A DNA stretch of 39,604 nt, taken from IMG/VR virus record IMGVR_UViG_3300042339_000036, positions 1-39,604 of that record, one strand, 5' to 3'. Made by a program: the position numbers and the translations under genes. The DNA is from a virus (Duplodnaviria; Caudoviricetes). The notes below the pieces were generated by a model. That model searched no databases and had not been told where the DNA came from. It was given only the letters and a program-made list of their open reading frames with translations. Each line of letters starts with the position of its first letter. Within the stretch, counting starts at the first letter, position 1. Of this stretch, positions 34,733-39,604 are shown in pieces.

Positions 34733-36436
34733 TCAGGGTGTGTTGTATCCGGAGAACATATCGATCACATTGGTCAAGGCGCTAGGGTCTGTCGTTTTTG
34801 CTTGTGACAAATCTTTTGCGATGACGGCTTGCTGTTGCATTGCGGCCTGTTGCTCTTTGGCCGCGAGTGCTTCGTTGCGTGCTGTTCGAATCATTGCGAC
34901 TTGCTCGCCGCCAACCAGGATGTTGGGGTCGACGCCCAGCATGTCGGCATAAGCATCTGCCCATGCGTCGCCGTTGAACTTGTCGAGCACTTCTGGTTTC
35001 ATGTTGGCCACGACGCCCAGATTGCCGACAAATCGGTCAACGCTGTTGGTGCCAATGGCACGCTGTGCCTGGGCCAGCATCGATACGAACTCGACCGACA
35101 ACTCCATGCCCTGCAATTCTGGAGGTGGTGGCAATAGAACGCCAGCCTCTACCATGCGGGTGAATGTCATGTCGATCAATGGAGACAGCAACTCGTTGTG
35201 CAAACGCTCGAGCACTGGTCCAAGCATAAGCAGTTTCTCTTCGTGGCGCTCGGCCACTTCGGTTGCTGTCATGCGTGTGTCTGTTGCGTTGGCCAGCATC
35301 AAGAACAAGTCAGCATAGAACGCACCACGAACGCGGTCGCGGCAGTCTTGGATGTCGTTGAGCAGGTATTGCAAGTTGAGGTTGACTTCGAACGCAGAGC
35401 GAATGCCGCCAGTTGGCGAGTTTGCGTCAACAAACGATACGCCGCCAGGCAGTGTCTCGACATCGCGGTTCTTCATCGAGGTCGGCACCTGAAGCGGTGG
35501 CTTGACCTGGTAGTCGATCGCTTGGGCTTTGCGCAGTTGCTCGTGTTGCAATTGCTTGATGTCGCCCAATGCTTCCATGCCAGGGCTGTTGCCGTAGATG
35601 TCACCACCAGCAGTGGCCCAGCGTGGAGCCAAGGCCGGGAACATCTTAAACCCAGACTCGCGCAGGAACTTGTTGTTGTCGCCGCCCACCTCAAAGTGGT
35701 ACGACGCAAACGGCATGTTCATGTTGTCGCGCTTGCGTGTGTCACGGTCTGCGCGTGGTTCGATGGCGTGAATGATTGGCACCCAGGCATCAAGCGAGCC
35801 ACGGTCAAACATGTTGCGCACAGTGGTCGAGCAGTTCTCGCGCCCAAACTCCTGCACCACTTCTGCAACGGTCTTCTCGTATTCACGGTACAGCGTGTTG
35901 ACTGTGCCTTGGTAGTTGGTCGCGATGCAATACTCGCCGGTTGTCAGCGGGTAGTGATGAATGACATTGTTGAAGTCAGGCAATACGATCGACACACCAG
36001 TGCCGAATGCGCCCAGTTCCTCATACATCTGGTGCATGGCGCGGTAAGTATTGGACCGCTGAAACACCATCTGCATGCGACGGGTCGTGTCATCGAGCCA
36101 CACCTTGACCGGCTGATACTTGTTGAGTTCAGGGTCTGCTGTGGCCAGACGGAACCATGGTCGTGCTGGGCTTGTTGCGCCAGCCATCATGCCAGCGCCT
36201 AGCACGCGCAGTGAGCGTGTGCCGGTGTTGTCGTAGATGTTGTTGTGACGGCGCCATCCTTTGTCACGGTCCTGGACGAAGTATCGGCCATTGCGTGGTA
36301 GCAGGTAGGTTGTGATCTCTTGCCAATGCGCCCACCAGGATGCACGCTCCGACTTGAGTTGACCCCAACGCGTGAACAGTTTGTCCCGCTCTGGGGCGTT
36401 TGCATACGACTGTGCGTCGCTGGGGAATTGACTCAT
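34733..36436 (-). CDS. Portal (head-tail connector, T7 gp8/BPP-1-like)
   Basis: TSPARPWFRL..YGNSPGMEAL..RMTATEVAERHEEKLLMLGPVLERL. Confidence 0.93.
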   Translation of the reverse strand: MSQFPSDAQSYANAPERDKLFTRWGQLKSERASWWAHWQEITTYLLPRNGRYFVQDRDKGWRRHNNIYDNTGTRSLRVLGAGMMAGATSPARPWFRLATADPELNKYQPVKVWLDDTTRRMQMVFQRSNTYRAMHQMYEELGAFGTGVSIVLPDFNNVIHHYPLTTGEYCIATNYQGTVNTLYREYEKTVAEVVQEFGRENCSTTVRNMFDRGSLDAWVPIIHAIEPRADRDTRKRDNMNMPFASYHFEVGGDNNKFLRESGFKMFPALAPRWATAGGDIYGNSPGMEALGDIKQLQHEQLRKAQAIDYQVKPPLQVPTSMKNRDVETLPGGVSFVDANSPTGGIRSAFEVNLNLQYLLNDIQDCRDRVRGAFYADLFLMLANATDTRMTATEVAERHEEKLLMLGPVLERLHNELLSPLIDMTFTRMVEAGVLLPPPPELQGMELSVEFVSMLAQAQRAIGTNSVDRFVGNLGVVANMKPEVLDKFNGDAWADAYADMLGVDPNILVGGEQVAMIRTARNEALAAKEQQAAMQQQAVIAKDLSQAKTTDPSALTNVIDMFSGYNTP

Positions 36437-36439
36437 GGT

Positions 36440-36763
36440 TTAACCGCCGAGAAGTGTATTTTTGCCAAGGGCCAACTGTTGAGGGTCGATACCCTGCGGT
36501 CCAGTCAGCATGGTGCCGCTTCCACCACCAGAGCCAGCCATCGTCGCATCAGCCATAGCGGCCTGCGTGTCTGGTCGGCGTTGGTTTGCCTTGTTGATGT
36601 TTTGTTGTGAGGTAGTCGCTACTTCTTTAGCCTGCTCAAGCTGTTGCGTTTGGGCAACCTCTTGTCTTTGCATTGCTTGCTTTTGTGTCTTCTTGGCCTC
36701 TTCGCCACTGTAGACCGCGTATGTAGTTCCTACCACTGCCGCCACTGCCGCTGTTACACCCAT
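36440..36763 (-). CDS. Small virion-associated protein preceding the portal
   Basis: AAGGAG RBS; TMLTGPQG..LGKNTLLGG C-terminus typical of pre-portal genes of such podoviruses. Confidence 0.7.
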   Translation of the reverse strand: MGVTAAVAAVVGTTYAVYSGEEAKKTQKQAMQRQEVAQTQQLEQAKEVATTSQQNINKANQRRPDTQAAMADATMAGSGGGSGTMLTGPQGIDPQQLALGKNTLLGG

Positions 36764-36774
36764 GATGATCTCCT

Positions 36775-37224
36775 TTAGATCTGAATACTGAAGATAATGT
36801 CCTGCACACCGTAACCAAGGCGAGGCATCATCTTCTCCAGCGGCGTGCCTGGTTTGGCATGCCACAGCATCAGACGGGCGCCGCGCTGTTTTGCTTCTTT
36901 CTCCGTTGCACGGATCAGTTGCAAGCCAAGTCGGCCACTCCTCTTGCCTTCAGTCACAAAGAGCAAGTCGTTGCTACATGTTATGAGATCGGCGTAGTGA
37001 AGATGATTCGTCACAACATTCACCGAATAACCCACAACCTTTTCGTCCTCAAAAGCGGCGAGGATCAACAGCATGCCGTTGGCCTCTGCGGCTCGGTACT
37101 TACCCTCATCGGGCTTGAGCACCATCACCTGCTTGTTCAGGGCAATCTCTTCCCAGTGTTCCGAGAACAACTCACTTGCATTCGCAAGCATCTCATCGAC
37201 ATTTGAAAGTCGTATTTCAGTCAT
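36775..37224 (-). CDS. GNAT-family acetyltransferase
   Basis: DLLFVTEGKRSGRLGLQLIRATEKEAKQRGA..RLGY acetyl-CoA motif A. Confidence 0.82.
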   Translation of the reverse strand: MTEIRLSNVDEMLANASELFSEHWEEIALNKQVMVLKPDEGKYRAAEANGMLLILAAFEDEKVVGYSVNVVTNHLHYADLITCSNDLLFVTEGKRSGRLGLQLIRATEKEAKQRGARLMLWHAKPGTPLEKMMPRLGYGVQDIIFSIQI

Positions 37225-37847
37225 GGGTTCCCCACTATTGACGCCACAGTAGTGGCTACATTATCGGATACGGGTACCTTACGCATCGGGAACAGCGGGG
37301 TCACCGCGTCAATGATGATGTGAATGCGGTCGGTATCGCCGTCGTTTCGTGCGGAGTGTTTTACCTTGTGATTAAACCACCATGCGTCGCCAGGCTCGAG
37401 GTGATGCGTCTCACCTCCTGCTGTCAGTGTCGCCTTGTCTGTGCCGGTGACGGCCACATGAAAGCGGGCGTAGTGGTCTGCGTAGGTGCCTTCATCAGTG
37501 TGCGGGGTGATGACGCCACCAGGCTTGAGTTTGACAATGAGCACCCGGCCCAAGTCGTCGACCTTGAGCACATCGGTAAGCAGTGGCCGCAAGATTGGGA
37601 CCAGGACATCGGCCAGCGTGTCCATCACTGGGTAGTCGTACGCTCCGATGTCGAACATGTAGTAGTAGGGCGTGAACTTGAGCGGGCCACGCGGGTAGAT
37701 GCAGTGTGTGTCTTTATGTGCCGTGCCGGTGTACTCCTGGCGTGCGGTGATCTCGTCCCATAGGTGCGGCATGGCATTAAGCCTGGACAACAGAGGCTGA
37801 ACATCGATGCCGGTGGCCACTCGTTCAAAGTTTGCTGTACGGGTCAT
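37221..37847 (-). CDS. Aspartyl/asparaginyl beta-hydroxylase-like 2OG-Fe(II) oxygenase
   Basis: LKPGGVITPHTD..RFHV..WWFNHKVKHSARN...RIHIIID (HxD...H triad plus Arg). Confidence 0.82.
   Translation of the reverse strand: MTRTANFERVATGIDVQPLLSRLNAMPHLWDEITARQEYTGTAHKDTHCIYPRGPLKFTPYYYMFDIGAYDYPVMDTLADVLVPILRPLLTDVLKVDDLGRVLIVKLKPGGVITPHTDEGTYADHYARFHVAVTGTDKATLTAGGETHHLEPGDAWWFNHKVKHSARNDGDTDRIHIIIDAVTPLFPMRKVPVSDNVATTVASIVGNP
37246..37278 (-). promoter_or_regulatory. Putative late promoter (GNAT and portal genes)
   Basis: GGTACCCGTA-N17-TACTGT inside the 3' end of the oxygenase gene. Confidence 0.72.
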
Positions 37848-39357
37848 ACTCTTCCCTCTTGTTGTAGCGGCCCAGTTCCTTCATGATCGATCGCTTGGGC
37901 GTGTCCATCAATGCCAGGCAGTAGGCCGACGCATAGTCAGGTGATCGCCCGATTTTGTCGAGGATCTCTTCCCGGCTGGCCACGGCCACAGTCTGGCCAA
38001 CCAGCTTCCAGGTCGGTGCGCACAGGTCAGCAAGCAGGTGTTGATCTGGAGGCAACGCGATGCCGGTGTTGTTGGCCGGGTCCAATGCCTCACGCATGCG
38101 CCACCACAGTTCGGACCGCTGGTTCTTGAAGCGCAGGCGCCCAGACTTGTCCAGGCCCAGTGCTGACTCAGCCACATTGACGCCCAGCACCTGCTGGCCC
38201 ATCTCGTTCAGGAAGTCGTACGGGCTTGAGCCGACACCAATCACATCGATGTGGATCGGCGCCCGGTCGCGTAGTGCTGACACCACCAGGCCTGCGATCG
38301 TCGGGCCATCGGGTGTGGTCTTGCCCGGGTAAGCCAGTGCCTCATCGAACCACATGCCATGGCGCCTGGCCAGGATCGTGTTGTCTTTGCCGCCTCGGGC
38401 CACATCGACGCCCAGGCTATCCATTGGCGCCAGCTTGTCAGGACGCTTCCAGCGGGCCATAGCGGCCTCTGCCCATGCCGTGGGCACCACCTGCCAGGGA
38501 TCGTCCTCCATGCCTGCCTGGAAGTCGCCGTATAGCATCTGTGAGCGCAGTGGCTCGGGTAGTGATTGCAGTTGTGCCATGTAGCCAGTCCCCATCAAGT
38601 AAGGGTTATCACTTATGCGTGAGGGAATGAAGGTACGCGACAGCGGCGTGATCTGCTCTCCATTGTGAATAAAGGGTTTACCCGTATCCATCTCGACATC
38701 TTTGCCATCGACGGTTGCAAAGTAGCGCAGTTCGCCTGGCTCTGCCGGGTTCGGGTGTTTCTTGTCCAGCCATGGCGCAAAGAACTGGACGATCCAGCGG
38801 CCCTCGGCTGTGGTTGGTGGGTTGAATGTCAACAGGGCTTGGCACTTTTGGCCAGGCACGGTGGTACGCAACCAGCCAAGCAGGAAGCGCACGGCAGACT
38901 CGCGCATGTTCGCGGCCTCATCAAAGACCAGCAGGTCATGCGGTCGGCCCTGGTACTTCTTTTCGTCGTCTGGGTTTGGGAACGATCCGAACTCGACCTG
39001 AATAGCCACGCCATCGATGCGCCTCATGCGCCAGATATTGTCCTTGCCGTTGTACCCATTGCGACTGCCGACCAACTCGGTGATTCGGTCCAGCACGCCG
39101 GTCAACTCGGTGCCGTTCAATCGGAAGATGCCGATCTTGCGATGGCTGGTCAATGCTTTGCCGCAGGCCAGGTCAGTCTTGCCGCCGCCCGCCGCGCCGC
39201 CGTAGCCAATGATGTCGGCCTGGCTTTCGTATGCCATGGTCTGCGGGCCAGACAGTGGGCGCCACAGGGTCTTGTCGCTGGTCAGTAGTGAATCGAGTTC
39301 TGATCTTTCCTCGTCGGTCAGATACGCCAGCAACGCAGGATCAAACGCCTCCACCAT
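37825..39357 (-). CDS. terL: Terminase large subunit
   Basis: Walker A YGGAAGGGKT, Walker B LVFDEA, TFNPP, nuclease LGVDVARGGKD and SPDYA; start reassigned to MVEAF at 39357, overlapping the terS end. Confidence 0.93.
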   Translation of the reverse strand: MVEAFDPALLAYLTDEERSELDSLLTSDKTLWRPLSGPQTMAYESQADIIGYGGAAGGGKTDLACGKALTSHRKIGIFRLNGTELTGVLDRITELVGSRNGYNGKDNIWRMRRIDGVAIQVEFGSFPNPDDEKKYQGRPHDLLVFDEAANMRESAVRFLLGWLRTTVPGQKCQALLTFNPPTTAEGRWIVQFFAPWLDKKHPNPAEPGELRYFATVDGKDVEMDTGKPFIHNGEQITPLSRTFIPSRISDNPYLMGTGYMAQLQSLPEPLRSQMLYGDFQAGMEDDPWQVVPTAWAEAAMARWKRPDKLAPMDSLGVDVARGGKDNTILARRHGMWFDEALAYPGKTTPDGPTIAGLVVSALRDRAPIHIDVIGVGSSPYDFLNEMGQQVLGVNVAESALGLDKSGRLRFKNQRSELWWRMREALDPANNTGIALPPDQHLLADLCAPTWKLVGQTVAVASREEILDKIGRSPDYASAYCLALMDTPKRSIMKELGRYNKREEYDPYSKL

Positions 39358-39604
39358 TCTTGACCTTTCGCGCCTGGGCTGTGGCCAGAATCGCTTGCAA
39401 TTTGGCCGCACGCTGGGTGTCGTCCATCGGCTCCATCAATGGGTTATCAGGGTCACCGGCCAGGGTGGTGCGGTCGCCGTACTTTTTGGGGTTCCACTTG
39501 GCCAACAGCTTGAGCCGGTACTCTGCCCGGTTGCGTAGCCAGGCCACATGGGCGCTGTCGTACTTGGGATTGTCGCCGCCAGTCATCTCTGGCTTGGTGT
39601 CAAT
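39319..39604. repeat. Terminal direct repeat, right copy (contains the 3' part of terS)
   Basis: Near-identical to 1-286. Confidence 0.95.

Noticed and set aside
38679-38689. TACCCGTATCC partial match to the late-promoter motif inside terL
   Set aside because: Opposite orientation, lacks the leading GG, and has no TAnnnT at the 17-nt spacing.
39358-39411. N-terminal extension of terL given by the ORF track
   Set aside because: Lies within terS in another frame; the ATG at 39357 near the terS stop is the more plausible start.
1-39604. tRNA, rRNA, CRISPR array, IS element, intron or intein
   Set aside because: None recognisable by eye; the genome is almost fully tiled by ORFs, and TerL, portal and capsid have normal lengths. 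Dedicated scans were not run.

Overview
The window is an apparently complete, circularly assembled ~39.3 kb podovirus genome: 1-286 recurs at 39319-39604 with 5 synonymous mismatches. A minus-strand morphogenesis arm of BPP-1/T7-like type runs terS, terL, portal, scaffold, major capsid, cement, tail adaptor and nozzle, three ejection proteins including a 3109-aa polyvalent protein, two glycine-rich tail fibres, then holin and M15 endolysin. It is joined to a lambdoid-style early region: Cro-like HTH, RusA-like protein, SSB, zinc finger and O/P-like replication proteins on the minus strand, and YqaJ exonuclease, RecT, an excisionase-like HTH and a lipoprotein on the plus strand. No integrase, CI repressor, DNA polymerase or RNA polymerase is recognisable. 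The most notable observations are: (1) two small genes with strong Shine-Dalgarno sites nested in the +1 frame inside the giant ejection protein, in the linkers between its predicted enzymatic domains, as candidate built-in inhibitor genes; (2) four copies of a late-promoter consensus GGTACCCGTA-N17-TAnnnT; (3) a C-terminal A-x-x-(L/M)-Y motif shared by the scaffold and three small head-region proteins, as a candidate capsid-targeting tag; (4) a repeated tandem 17-bp operator. All product calls come from motif recognition and gene order by eye; no database searches were run.
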